A DNA stretch of 64,000 nucleotides, taken from contig CM074809.1 in NCBI GenBank assembly GCA_037447605.1, positions 2,036,689 through 2,100,688 of the forward strand. Direction: 5' to 3'. Made by a program: the position numbers and the translations under genes. Below the pieces are notes generated by a model. That model was not told the origin of the DNA. It was given only the letters and a program-made list of their open reading frames with translations, and made no database searches. Position 1 is the stretch's first letter; each line of letters starts with the position of its first letter. Positions 1-12,283 of this stretch are shown here, in pieces. The DNA comes from Zygnema circumcarinatum SAG 698-1b. Lineage: Eukaryota; Plantae; Zygnematophyceae.

Positions 1-532
1 CAACTCCCACACCCTCGAATGAGAACAGAGAGAGAGGGGGAGAGAGAGAGTTAGAGCGCCCTCCAAGCCGCCGCTGCAACGCTTCCTTTCCCCCCCTGGG
101 AAAACTCTCGCGGGAAGGGAGGCAGGCGCCGCTGGCGCGCGCCTTCCAGGAACCTGCGCCGCCTGGGAGCGCGCCGCTCAAGAGGGCTCCACGTGGCAGC
201 GGCTCCCGTGGCTTCCAGAAGCCTGCGAGTAAAAAAGCTGCCGCCTGTAGCACCGCCACGGCCAGCTGTAGCGGTGGATGGTGCACAGCTACAGCGAGCG
301 CTACAGGCGGGCCGCTGCCTGCCCATCAACCAGCTATGGCCATTAGTCGGAGCCAGTCACGACCAATGCTGGAGCTTTCGCATTAGCTATGGCTAATCAT
401 CCTAGTGAAGGCCAGACTGCTTTTTGTGCTCGGTATAAATAGCGACTAGTTAGGTTTTAGTCAAGACCAGACCATTTTATAAGTAAGAAGTTAGTCTGGT
501 CTAGACTAGATCTTAAATATAAAATATTTCCG

Positions 533-738
533 CCATAGTGCGACTCAATTCCTATAGTGCGACTATATTCCCATAGTGCGACAAGCATGTAACTCGCGCG
601 TCGCATGGGGATCGAGTCGCACTGTGACGCAAAAGTTGAGGAACTAAAAACCGTCACTTCTACCTCGCATCGCAGGTGCGACCTCGCAAGCACGTCGTCG
701 CAATAGTGTCGCACTATGATGAAAAGGTCGCACTATGG
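533..738. repeat. Small foldback/MITE-like motif array
   Basis: TAGTGCGAC occurs three times on the left and its reverse complement GTCGCACT(A) three times on the right. The outer 12-bp inverted repeat CCATAGTGCGAC is at 533-544 and 727-738. No TSD seen. Confidence 0.5.
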
Positions 739-1008
739 GCACGAAATCGAGGCTCTGGGAGTTAGGATCTGCTTCTAGCCTCAACAACGCGGCCCAAGAA
801 GCAGCCGCGAAGGTTGTTGTTGCAGCGCCCTCCATGCGTGGGGCTGCCACTTCTCCTCTAGCACTTGTAGAACTCGACATTTTCAATGAATTGCTCAATC
901 ACACAAAGCACACTAAATGCAAGAGAACAACTCAGCGGAAATATGAAAATGTCAGGAGAAAGCCACCAGCCTAAAACTCCTTAAGATAACGATGAAATNN
1001 NNNNNNNN

Positions 1009-4000
1009 GGCTCCACACTTTGTCAACATACAACCGTGCAATCTCGTCGGCCCCAGCTGTCTTAGTAGTGGGTGCAAAATGCACCATCTTGCTGAGCCGA
1101 TCGACAAAGACGAGGATGGAGTCATGCCCCCGAGGTGTCACAGGAAGATCTGTGATCAAGTCCATACCCACACTATCCCATTTCCGAAAAGGAGGTGTGA
1201 GGGGTTGCAGCTGGCCAGGGATCCTGCCAGTGCGGGGTTTGTTTCGTTGACAAGTTGGACAAGCGAGTACATACGCTTTCACATCCCTCGAGAGTCCAGG
1301 CTATCTAGTAATTTTTTGGAGGTTAGTTGGTATGGAGTTCCTGTAATCCCATGCGTGACCCCGGCACTTAGATTATGAAGCCTGACTCAGGAATGAGCGC
1401 TGGGCATCTTGCTGCATGATGACTGCTGGCCGTGGCACTGAAATTTATCTTCTCACACCACTTTGTCCTTACACACCTGCTATCCAGGAATAAACATCAC
1501 CAGGATACCCTTCTTATCATCTGCCCAGATTGAGAGAGAGCAGGCAGGGTTGGTACTGCTGTCACTTGTGGGGAGGGATCTATGACAAAGCATACTGGAG
1601 ACGGAGATTCGGGGTTGGCCGGCCCCTCACCTCTGTCATCTCGTTCCACCAACACTCGAGTCGACGAGCGCACCATCCAGGCAAGATGCCGAGGCTGCCT
1701 ACTCAGTGGGTCTGCAACATTCAGCCTTCCGGCTGACAACTCACCGGCAGCTCAGCCTCTGAGGAGCTCAGATGCTGTGCCTTGCCCTTCACAGAGTAGC
1801 CGCCTGGGTAGAGAGAACGCCAGCGGCGGGTCAGTGACCACGTGACCGCCTCCGCCCCTCAAGAGGACCGCCATGTCCTTAGGGCCTGACCACTGCAGGC
1901 ATCTCCTGTCTCTCCAGTATAGTCGCGTTAACTGGGTTCATTTTGCGACTTTCATACGCCAAAGGTTGGCCATCTTGAAACAAGACGGCACCCAAGGCGA
2001 ATCCCGAAGCATCACAAACCACTTCATAAGGCTTGGACGGGTCCGCTAAACGGAGAGTGGGTGCGGTAACAAGTGCATGGCGCACACCTTCGAATGCATC
2101 CTGGCATTCAGGGGTCCATGTAAAGGGGACACCGGAACGTGTCAAATTAGTCAAGGGAGTAACCAACTTACTAAACCCTTGGATGAACTTACGAAAATAA
2201 TTCGCAAATCCCAAGAAAGACCTCAACTGATGCAAGTCAGTCGGTGGCGCCCAAGTTTCTACCGCGGAAACTTTGGCAGGATCAGGTCGAAGACCCTGAT
2301 CATTGAGGATATGCCCAAGATAAAGCAACTCACGTTGCATGAAGTGACACTTCTTCCTCTTGGCATAAAACTGGTGTTTCCTCAGGGTCTCAAACACTTT
2401 CCGAACGTGTTCAAGATGTGCCTCCTCCGTCTTACTGAAGACAAGGATATCATCGAGGTAAACCAAAACAAACTCATCCATGCCTATGAACATCTCGTTC
2501 ATCACAGCCTGGAAAGTCGCCGGAGCATTAGTCAATCCAAAGGGCAACACCTTATATTGGAAATGACCAATCGGCGTCCGGAACGCAGTTTTTGGCACAT
2601 CAGCTTCCGTGACGCGGATCTGATGATACCCCTGAGCAAGATCAAGTGATGTAAACACTTTGGCGCTGCGGAGTGATTGTAGACTGATTAATATGTGGAC
2701 AAGTAGATTCTTCACGGGATCTCGCCAGTGCGAGAATCAATGCACATCTCTTAACGAGCCATCTTCTTCCAACAAAACAGGTTGGTCAAGGGGTTCTTGA
2801 CCGGGTTCTATCCATCTGTCACGCAAGCGCTAACTGCCCTCCAAATCTTTGGTTTCTTTTGGGCTTAACCGATAGATCGGCCGCCAAGGCGGCTTTTGCT
2901 CAGGCTCAAGAGGGATTGTGTGCCCCACCCCTCTCGATGGGGGCAACCCTCTTGGAAGGTCATCAGGGAAGACATCCCTGAATTCATCCAACAGAGGTTG
3001 GAACTGGGAGGGAACAGTGGAGAGCACGTCAGTAGATGTGATCTGCCACTCCTGATCTTCGTCATGAACATCCTCAGTGGCTGTCATGACATGCACCATG
3101 AACAAGGTGCAACCCTTCACCGGCTCTGGCCATCTGATAGCTGGAGCAATAGTATAAGGGGCAAGACACTGCTTGAGCAGCAGCCTGCCTGTGGCCCTCG
3201 ATGGTGCAAGACAGCCCGCCACCACTGCGAATACCATGTGGGACATAAGAGCTCCATTTGTGCTTCACCACTGCTAACCAAGCACCCCCAAATAATATCA
3301 AGCACCAGGCGATCTGTGTTAGAAGACACCCACTGCCCCCCGGAGTAGCTATCGCAGTCCACTCGAGTGACGCTACCACAGACTTGCCCTTGCGTCCACC
3401 CCTGAAGAACACCTCCTGGATGGGGATCTGCGGCTCAACCCAATCTCTTGGCTAACGAAACTGACAAAGTCAGCATCTGCCCGTGATCAGCAGGTTGCTG
3501 GGTGCTCATCCGGCCGCTCGATGAAGGCCATGGCACGATGGGCAAGATGGAACATAGATCGCATTATACGAGGCCCCAGACTAGCTGTCCTCCACACCAA
3601 TGTGTAGGTGAGCCAACCAGCAAGCTGTGGATCCTTCTACCTCTATGAATGCGTGCCCTTTCCTCAACGGCGTCATGACTTGCCAAGCTGGTCGCCGGAA
3701 AGGCGCCAGCCTTCCATGCGCTGAGGAACCAGCACATGCAATCTAAGGACATGAAATGCTCCCATGACATGCAAAGTAATCGATGGCACATTGCATGAGA
3801 ACATCATCGCCCATGACATTGAGGATAAAGACATGCCAATCACCATTCATCACTACATTCGATAGCTTTAAGGCGGCCAGTGGAAGCGGGAGGAAGAAGG
3901 AAATGGAAACAGGAGTGCATCAAACATAAAAGAATTGTGCATTTCCAAAGGTCTGCTAATCCATTAACAATGTTTGAGGTTCTAAGAAACAAATGTCCCC

Positions 4001-5230
4001 TAGTCCTGGCGGCAGCTTCCATCCCTCCCCCTAACCTAGCATGTCCACCAGCAACGACCCCTAAGCTGCTGGTGGGTTGGGGTTTTCCGGCCCCTTGCCC
4101 TTCTTGTCCTTGGTGTTCAGAGGGCAATCCCGGGCCTTGTGCCCCTCCTTGCGGCAGCGGAAACACTTGTTCTACCGCTGCATCTTCTCCATTTCCTTTG
4201 GAGTCATCTTCTGCGGCCCTCAGTGGGGGCGGGAGCCACTTCTGGGCTGCTCGCGCTGCCCTTCCTCCAGCCGAGCAGGTGGGGTCCCGTGCTTCGTGAC
4301 CTGTCAGTCACGTCACTTGCTGGGGTCGGAAGGGCCTGCACCGTGGAGGGCGAGGTTCCATGAATGGCTGCAGTCAAGCACAGCTCAGAGCTCAGCGGGG
4401 ATCCACGGCTTCAACACCTCCGTGTGGCGAAACCTCACCTCCCATGCTGGCTACAAGCCATTCCTAAAAAGTGAAAAGAATTTGCTGTGCCCAGGCCTTG
4501 TGAGTGGTGATTTGGGGCACTACTGCCGGAGGCTCCGGCAGAGTTGCCTGACGTCCTTGGCTTTGGACCATGTCTTAGTCTTATCTGGGCTTTCTAGTTG
4601 GTATCCAAGGCCCCAAAGTGTTGAGAAGTTCATCTCTGAACTCATCTGTCGTCCCATCATTAGAGAGGCCCTCATACACACGCACGTCCCCTCAGCTGCT
4701 GGCAAGCAAAGCTATCATTTGGAGGCACAGCCTGTTCGCCAACAGTAACCAGCCAACCATGGCCCATCGAGCAGCCCAGATGTTTGCCCAAAGGAAAGAG
4801 GGGCCACCTTGCCGACTTCGCTGTATCCTTGAGAAGGTTGTGGGGGACAGCCCAGGACCGGGATCTCCTCCGCCCCAGGACCTGCCCTCATCTGGATCCC
4901 CCATGCCTGTGGTCGCCACCCCGTGAGCTGCTCCCGTGGCAAAATCTGCGCCTTCCTGTTGGATGGGGCGCCGGACAGGCGACGCCACTTGAGTGGTTTG
5001 CCTAACCCCTTCCCCAGGACCTGCTGCATCCACTGCCTCTACAGCCTGAGGGGGGGTTCGGGGCATACCTTCCTCGATCCTTCGGAGCCTGTCCGAAAGG
5101 CCCCGGAACTCCATTTGGAGCGTGTCCACCAAGCGGCGGACCGTGAGCTCCATGTCGTCCACCTTCCTTGAGCAGCTCAACGTATTCACGTTCTGCTCCC
5201 TTACACTCTTCCCCAGATCCTCAATCCTGT
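1009..5230 (-). mobile_element. Ty3/gypsy chromovirus family G, internal copy (gag-PR-RT-RH-INT), frameshifted, gap-bounded on both sides
   Basis: RT with LVYLDD in ORF 1879-2715, integrase fragment at 1009-1282 and gag at 4000-5230. Clean blocks are near-identical to the copy at 14131-19250. Confidence 0.9.
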
Positions 5231-5318
5231 NNNNNNNNNNGGTGGGGCTTTCTCTATCTTGACGTCTCTTGTCTTGCATCTGTCTTGAGCTTTCCTTTCG
5301 CGAACAGCTGCTGCGAAG

Positions 5319-6231
5319 ATGTCTACGACTCAAGAGCCGAGTGGAGGCGACTCTGTCGAGGGTGGTTCCACCATGGAATTACCAACAAGTGGTATCAGAG
5401 CTGATGGAGACATTCGGCATACTATTCCTATCTTCAAAGGAACTGACTACAAGGACTGGCGGTGGCACATGATGACCCTTTTGCAGACCAAGAACCTGGT
5501 CAAGTACGTGAACGGGACTGTCAAGCCGCCGACTGTGGATTCGCCCATGACTGCCGACGAGCTATCAACGTGGACGATGAAGGACGCTCAAGTGAGGCTG
5601 CTCATCGCCTCAAGCGTCAGAGGGAACCCCGCCAAGATGCTTCGGGAGCTTACGTCCGCCTACGAAATGTGGCAGAAGCTCGCCAACATCTACGACGTCA
5701 TCGATATCACCATCAAATTCGAGCTCTACGATGAGCTGATGCAAATGAAGATGGCCCAGACCGAGGAGTTGACCACATACGTGATNNNNNNNNNNAGCCA
5801 GGCAGCCTATCGTCAAGGATCATCAGATTGTGAGCTTCCTCCGAGGTTTGCCGAGCCGGTTTGCACCAACTATCAACTCCCTGAAAACCCTGCTCGTCAA
5901 AAATACGCTTACTCTTGAGGAAGTGATAATGCGAGTGAGAGCGGAGGAGAGCACGATCAAAGGGACGAAGAGGTCCACCTCGGAGGACGTGATGGCGATC
6001 GACCAGCGGAGACCTCAGAAGAACAGTGGAGCGCCGGCACGACTTTGCAACTTTTGCAAACGCAAAGGTCACCTTGAAGCCGAATGTCGAACCAAGAAGG
6101 CTGCCCAGGGCAACGTACCGACCCCGAGCGCACCCAAGAAGGACGGCAAAGGCAAGGCAAAGGAGATCATCTGCTGCTGCGCGCAATCGTACCGACAATA
6201 TATTGGCCGAACCGCACTCAAGCAGATGTAG
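5319..6231 (+). pseudogene. gag: Copia D gag (UBN2-like) with CCHC zinc knuckle
   Basis: IPIFKGTDYKDWRWHM N-terminal motif and CNFCKRKGHLEAEC knuckle. Broken by a gap and a frameshift. Confidence 0.8.
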
Positions 6232-6339
6232 CTCGCTATGAGCCGCCGAAGTCCGTCGGGCTAGGGTGAAGCAAAAAGCACGCTGTTATTTGTGTAAATC
6301 AAATTCCCCCGCTTAATGAAACACTATCTACTATCTGCC

Positions 6340-9300
6340 GTGGCTTATAGACCAGGTGCTTCTGGGCACATGTGCAAATGGCTGTAAGTCTCTATCTTTC
6401 ACATGCAGATGCCGGATGAGTCAATGCAGCGTGACGCCGCCACGGAGTCCGTGACGCCGTTACACAAGCGAGGAGTAGTCCAAATTCGCCACCATGCGTG
6501 AAGGAACGTTTTCCCAAATCAGGATTGGTAGCGCAAGGTACACCCCAACCCTTAGAAATAACTTCGTTAGTCGACCGCTGGAGCTGATATGAGGGATATT
6601 TAGGCGTAATACCCGCAAATAGTGGTATGGTGAAAAACTGTGAAAAACTCGTGTCGAGGGACCCAGCCAGGGCTCTACTACCTAGATCGAAACCGGTAAA
6701 ACGGGAATTATCGCATCCGCCGCTGAAATGGGCGCGAAGCGCCGCGGGGAGTCTCGTACGCTTCCGATAGTGCGCACTCGAATCCCCAACCTCGCGGAAC
6801 GGGTTCGAAAAACTGAAGGAAAGTGGATCGACCGCGAATCAGTCCTAGTGGAGCCATTGCGACAATGGCGAGTCTGAACCGCACTCCACGCGCTGCGCAA
6901 CCAAATGACCATGGCCAGCCCAAATAAAGATCTTTACTCTTTCCGGATGCCATTTTCGACGCAGCCGGAAGCTCGACGAACTTGGCGTAAATCGAAATCC
7001 ACGCAGCGCCACCGCATAAAGTGAAAGGACGAGAACACCCGCCGCCAATCGCATGACAAGATATGCTGGGTTATCTGGCTAAGTCCGGGGCCCCAATTTT
7101 GGTCGACGCGCCCGCGACCTTTACGACATGACAATGATGGTCGTTCGCTGCCCCGGGCGGCGCCGCCATGAAATTTACCAAAGCAGTAAGGAGTCGTAAG
7201 ATTCAATGGGGATTGGAAGTCCGCATATCGGCTCCGATTCAGTCTCCGGGACCGTGGCAACGCGACTGGGCACTGGCTGCAATGGCCGTCCGAGACCCTT
7301 CTTTGCTTACTCGTGTGAGCCTCGCCTCGAGGTTTTCCCCGCCACGCCTCGCCAAAACGGAGAAGTCAGCTCGCATCGTATATGTAGGTAGTGCGACTCC
7401 ATCGCCACCCCTTCCCGACCCACGGCGCGGAGACGTTCCGCGCAACACGGAGGTTGGAGCTCGTTCACAGCGACATCTGTGGACCGATCACTCCAGAGAC
7501 GAAGGGAGGATCGAGGTACTTCATCACATTCCTTGATGACTACTCAAGGAAGATCTGGGTTGCGCTATTGAAGCACAAGAGCGAGGCATTCAACACCTTT
7601 CGTACTTGGCAGATCGAGGTAGAAAGGCAGTCCGGCGAGAGGATTCAGAGATTCCGGACGGATAATGGGGGAGAATATAAATCCCTCCAATTCTCTGAAT
7701 ATCTCAAGTCCCTTGGGATCCGACATGAGTTCACGGCCCCTGTGAAATGCAAATGAGCGTCTTGAGCAAATGTAGAGTGAACTCGCACTGCCACATGACA
7801 CGTCGATGTTATGAGTCAAATTCTTCTCTTTAAATTTTGGGAGAAGCCATCCTCACGGCTGCCTATATCCTAGAATCAGATGTCCCTCCGCCCTCAAGGA
7901 TCACAGAAAGTACCGGAGAGATGTGGAGGGAGGAAGCCCAGACGATTCAAGATTTCATTTAGTATTCGCTCATGCTGGATAGCTTACTTCCAAAGAGCAA
8001 GCGCGCATTTACCTAAGTTCAAGCTCCTCGCAGAGGAGAATTCCCGCCATTTCCTTGGCTACAACGCACTTCTACTGGACTTCTTATCGCCTCGAATCCG
8101 CCCACAGAGAAGGTCCCGACAAGTCGCACTACCGCTGAGGACCTCAAGAAGGAGACGCAGCACGCAAGGACTCGAAAGTGGAGCCGCCTCGACCATAGAA
8201 TTTCCCGCTGAGGGATATTCGGGAGGTGAGGATCTGGCCTTACCGCCCTCCTTCCCCTTCAATCTAACGGACTAAAAACCCACGCCGGTGTCAGCCACGC
8301 GGAGGAGAGAGGCCTTCAAGAGGGAAGCTACTCGACCGCATTCCCGAGGAATGTACTGAAGAAACCTGTCCGGGATCTGACAACGATCGTATTATCACCG
8401 GGTTGATGGTGAAGCGGGAGGAGCTCCCTAACAAGCAGTACAACCCAAATGGGGTACCGCTGCATGGGATGGACCCACCCCGTAGCCAACGCTAAGGGGT
8501 TTACACCTCTTAACCACGGACAAAACCACCTTGGAGGCCCAGGAACAAGCCTGTGAAATACGGGGATTTCGGTCCAAGGAACCCATGGACTCAGAGGGGG
8601 AAGAGGCCGAGGGGAAACCCAGAAAAGGTACCCCTTGACTCAGCCGACTTCACAGGAATGGCACTTTGCCTTATGGCACATTTCGAGGAGCCGCCTACCT
8701 ATTCCGACGCATTGGATGGAGCGGACGCAGCGAAGTGGAGAGTCGCCATAGATAGCGAGCTGAATAGTCTTAAGGAGAATGGGACATGGCGGCTAGAGAA
8801 GCTGCCCCCAGGACGCAAGGCAATCGGCTGCAAGTGGGTGTTTAAAGTCAAACGGAAATCAGATGGGAGTGTAGATAGGTTCAAGGCACGGCTAGTGGCG
8901 AAAGGTTTCGCGCAGAAATTCGGAATTGATTATTCTGAAACCTTTGCACCCGTAGTCAAGTTCAACTCACTGCGCGCATTGATTTCGATCGCGGCGGACG
9001 AAGGGATGCACGTCCACCTCAGCTGGACATCAAAACGGCATTTCTTTATGGAGATCTCGAGGAGGAGATCTACATGCAGCAACCGGAGGGAACGGTTGAA
9101 CCAGGAGCAGAGCACCTCGTCTGCAGACTTGTCAAGAGCCTATACGGCCGTAAAACAAGCACGGTGAATTTGGTACCGTAAAAATCCACGAACCGCCTAC
9201 ATCAAGAATGGCTTCACGCCGCTCAACGCACCACCGTGTACACGCTAAAGGGAGGAGACTACGCCGTATGTTCTGTAGGTGCATTCACGTGATGACCCTC

Positions 9301-10200
9301 ATCATTGTGAGTTCCTCTGCGAAGAGCATCAGGCCCCAAGGACCTTCTAAAGCAGAATTTTCGTGATGTCGATCTCGCCCTCAAGGGAATACCTCAAGAT
9401 CCGTGCCTTAAGAGGGAGTCTGCTTGTTCCTCGGGCCAGAGAAGCACGCCAAGGAAGTCTTGGCTAAGTTCAACATGGAGCAAATGTTCACCATGCTCCA
9501 CTCCCCATGGACGGCAAATGAGCTCACCGACATGAGCCCTCGTGACGGAGTAAGGCTGAGGGGCGCTGAGATGATGCAGTACTGCATTGCACGCTCGCCA
9601 TCTAAGAGCCTAATGTACCTTACAGGAAAAGGAACGCTACCGATCCGGCGAAGCGCCAAGACGGCCTGTGCACATGGAGAATCCAGGCTAAGCATTGGGA
9701 GGCAAATAAGAGAATCTTTCGACATCTAAAAGGGACGTCCCACATGACACTACTTCGCTCGAGAGGGGCGCTGCGCCTGCTGCGTTCTGATACACGGATG
9801 CGTATAGTGGAGGAGACCCGCATACCGGGCGTAAGTCCACTCTCGTGATACGCTGTGATCTCAACGCTGAGGTTTCACCCTCGCGGGTCTTCACTGGCTG
9901 ATACCGCGGCCTGGCCGAAAAATCGGGGCTGCACAATACGCAGGGCCGCGATGTCACGCGCCGCCGCAGAGGCGGCCCGGGTCAGGCACTACTCTTCTGG
10001 TGAATGGAAGACCACGCATTCCCTTGCATATCCTGACGGACAACAAATCCTCCATCGCGCTGATCGAGAATCCCGTATTTCATAGGCGAAGCAAACATAT
10101 TAAGATCCAGCACCACTACACGCGAGATCTAGTGGAGGCGGGCGAGATCGCGGTGTCTTTTGTGAAGACCAAAGATACGTCAGCAGTATACGCGACTGCG
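6340..10200 (+). pseudogene. pol: Copia D pol (PR, INT, RT, RNaseH), frameshifted
   Basis: GASGHM protease motif at ~6350; LELVHSDICGP...RTDNGGEY integrase at 7391-7756; IGCKWVFKVK...KARLVAKGF RT at 8553-9167; NPVFHRRSKHI RNaseH at ~10070. Confidence 0.85.
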
Positions 10201-11255
10201 GGGGTCAACGGGACTGGAATTACAAAAGGGAGTGAACATCGCCCCCTCCTCAATCTCGGGTCCCTTTGTGGCCTTGCACCCCAAGAAATGTCAGACGACT
10301 AGAGGCCGTACAACGCTTGGGCTTTATAGTTCTGTAAATGGATACGAACTAGACGCCAACATGAAGCTTATTGCGTCAGGTCAATTAAATGCGACGCGAT
10401 AAGTTCGGGACCGCGACATGACGAAACGGAGTATCGGCGCTGCCGTGGGCGACGCTGACGAGCATGCCGCGCACTTTTCTACCGTACAGGCGCTGCTGCG
10501 CGAAGCGCCGCTGGTGACGCCAAGTCCCGAGAGATGTGCACGGACGCTGACGCAGGAGGCCAGCGAGCCGCTAAGTTCAGAATCAGACGCGCGCCACAAC
10601 TCCACTACTCCGGACGGGCTCGGCCGCGCCTGGGCGAGGACCGGGTCCGCAGACGCAGCTTTGGCCGAACGCTACCGGGCTCTTGACCCGCATTTTACCC
10701 CGGCCAGGCTGGGCGCGACAAAGTCGTCCACAGGATTGCCAATGCAGCCTTACCAGAAAGATATGGTAGCAGCGCATTCCTCGAAAGTGTAGCAACCCTC
10801 ATACCACCACGCTAACGGGGTGCAGTTTAGTTGAGGCCCCATTCAGAAGTAATGTATATGAGTGTTACCGCTACCTGGGAAATAAGCTGGTACAGCTGCA
10901 TTAAGCAAACCTGGGGTCGCTTTTAAATCTGTCAGACTTCACCCAAAGCAAAATCAGAGTTTTATGTCCGTGGGGCTTTCTCTATCTTGACGCCTCTTGT
11001 CTTGCATCCGCCTTTGAGCTTTCCCTTTCTCGCATTAAACAAATACCGCTGAAGACGCCTACCTAATTCTCAAGAGCTGAGCTCGAGGCTTAATTGCCGG
11101 TAGCGGTTCCACCCAATGGAATTACTAACAATCGCATCAATCGATTGGCTCCACCGGCTATTTTGATGCCTTGCCTTGCCAAATCGTGATCATACGCTTA
11201 TTTGCACACTTTAAAGTTCTAGAAATGGTCCCTGGGGACGTTCGGCCAGACAATG

Positions 11256-12283
11256 TGTTGTTGCAAATACTCTCCTTGGGCGCGTAATGCTTACTTCTTT
11301 ACCAGTAACTCGACATTTTCAACGCACTGCTCAATCACACAAAAAGACACTAAACGCAAAGCAGAACAACCTCGAAATATGAAAATGTAAGGAGAAAGCC
11401 ACCAGCCTAAAACTCCTTAAGATAAAGATGAAATACAACTTGACAACACTAGAGCCAAGCTTCAAGCACCTCTCTCAAGCTACGTGAATAAACCACCCAC
11501 TACAAGCTGAACTCTTCCCACTATCTTCTTGGCCCTAAGCAAGATAGCCTCACTCCCCAATGTGAGTCACGAGAAGGTTAACTTCTACCATACAATCTAA
11601 CCCTTAAATACAATATGTCGCCATAATAGACATTGTCATGTCACGGCCGCACATGCTGGGCCGCCTTGCAAGACCCTTCTCCCGATCCTACTCTCGCGCC
11701 GTCGGATCCTGCTCAGCTTGCACGGATCCAGCACATCGATGCCGTCAGATCCGCCTCAGCCTTATCTCCATCCGAGTCCTCCACCGTAGGATCTGACTCC
11801 TCATTACTTGGCGTCATGTGGGACCCCGTAAGCCTACGAGCGCCACCGACCTAGGCCGTACAGGCCTTCCCTTTAACCCGATACGTGGCGCCTTCCGATT
11901 CGCCACGGTCCTCCAAATGAATCATTGCTGACTCCGTACCTTGTCAGTTCTGCTCCGCGCGCTGATTCGCGCCTCGTCACGTCCCGATTTGTCGCGTCGC
12001 GCCACGTCACATCTGACTCCGCCACGCCGCGCCTCGCCACCGACCAATGTCCGTACACCCATGGTCCTGGCTTTACAAACCGTACCACTGATTGGCTCCA
12101 CCGACATTCTGATGCCTTGCCTTGCCAAATCAGACTCTGCGCGCTATACGCACACCCCTTAAAGACTTGTACGGTCGCCTAGACGCCCCTCCGTACAATG
12201 TCGACAACATGAGCACACCCCTCCTTAGAACTTAGTACCAACAACTTAGTGTACAACTAGTTCCTAACTACTTTACACTAACA
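11256..12283 (-). mobile_element. Solo LTR of family B inserted into another family-B LTR
   Basis: Complete ~1.03-kb TG...CA LTR flanked by TSD CAATG (11251-11255 and 12284-12288). Homologous to 815-998 and 27103-27756. Confidence 0.85.

Larger units (their letters stand above)
5241..11130 (+). mobile_element. Ty1/copia element D (partial 5' LTR to 5387, 3' LTR ~10289-11130)
   Basis: LTR end GGAATTACCAACA is followed by the Met-tRNAi PBS TGGTATCAGAGC at 5390-5401. The same LTR end recurs at 11118-11130. Domain order is gag-PR-INT-RT-RH. Confidence 0.9.

Noticed and set aside
244-308. Imperfect hairpin (GCCTGTAGC/GCTACAGGC and GCTGTAGC/GCTACAGC stems)
   Set aside because: Short GC-rich stems at the window edge, with no context to assign a function.
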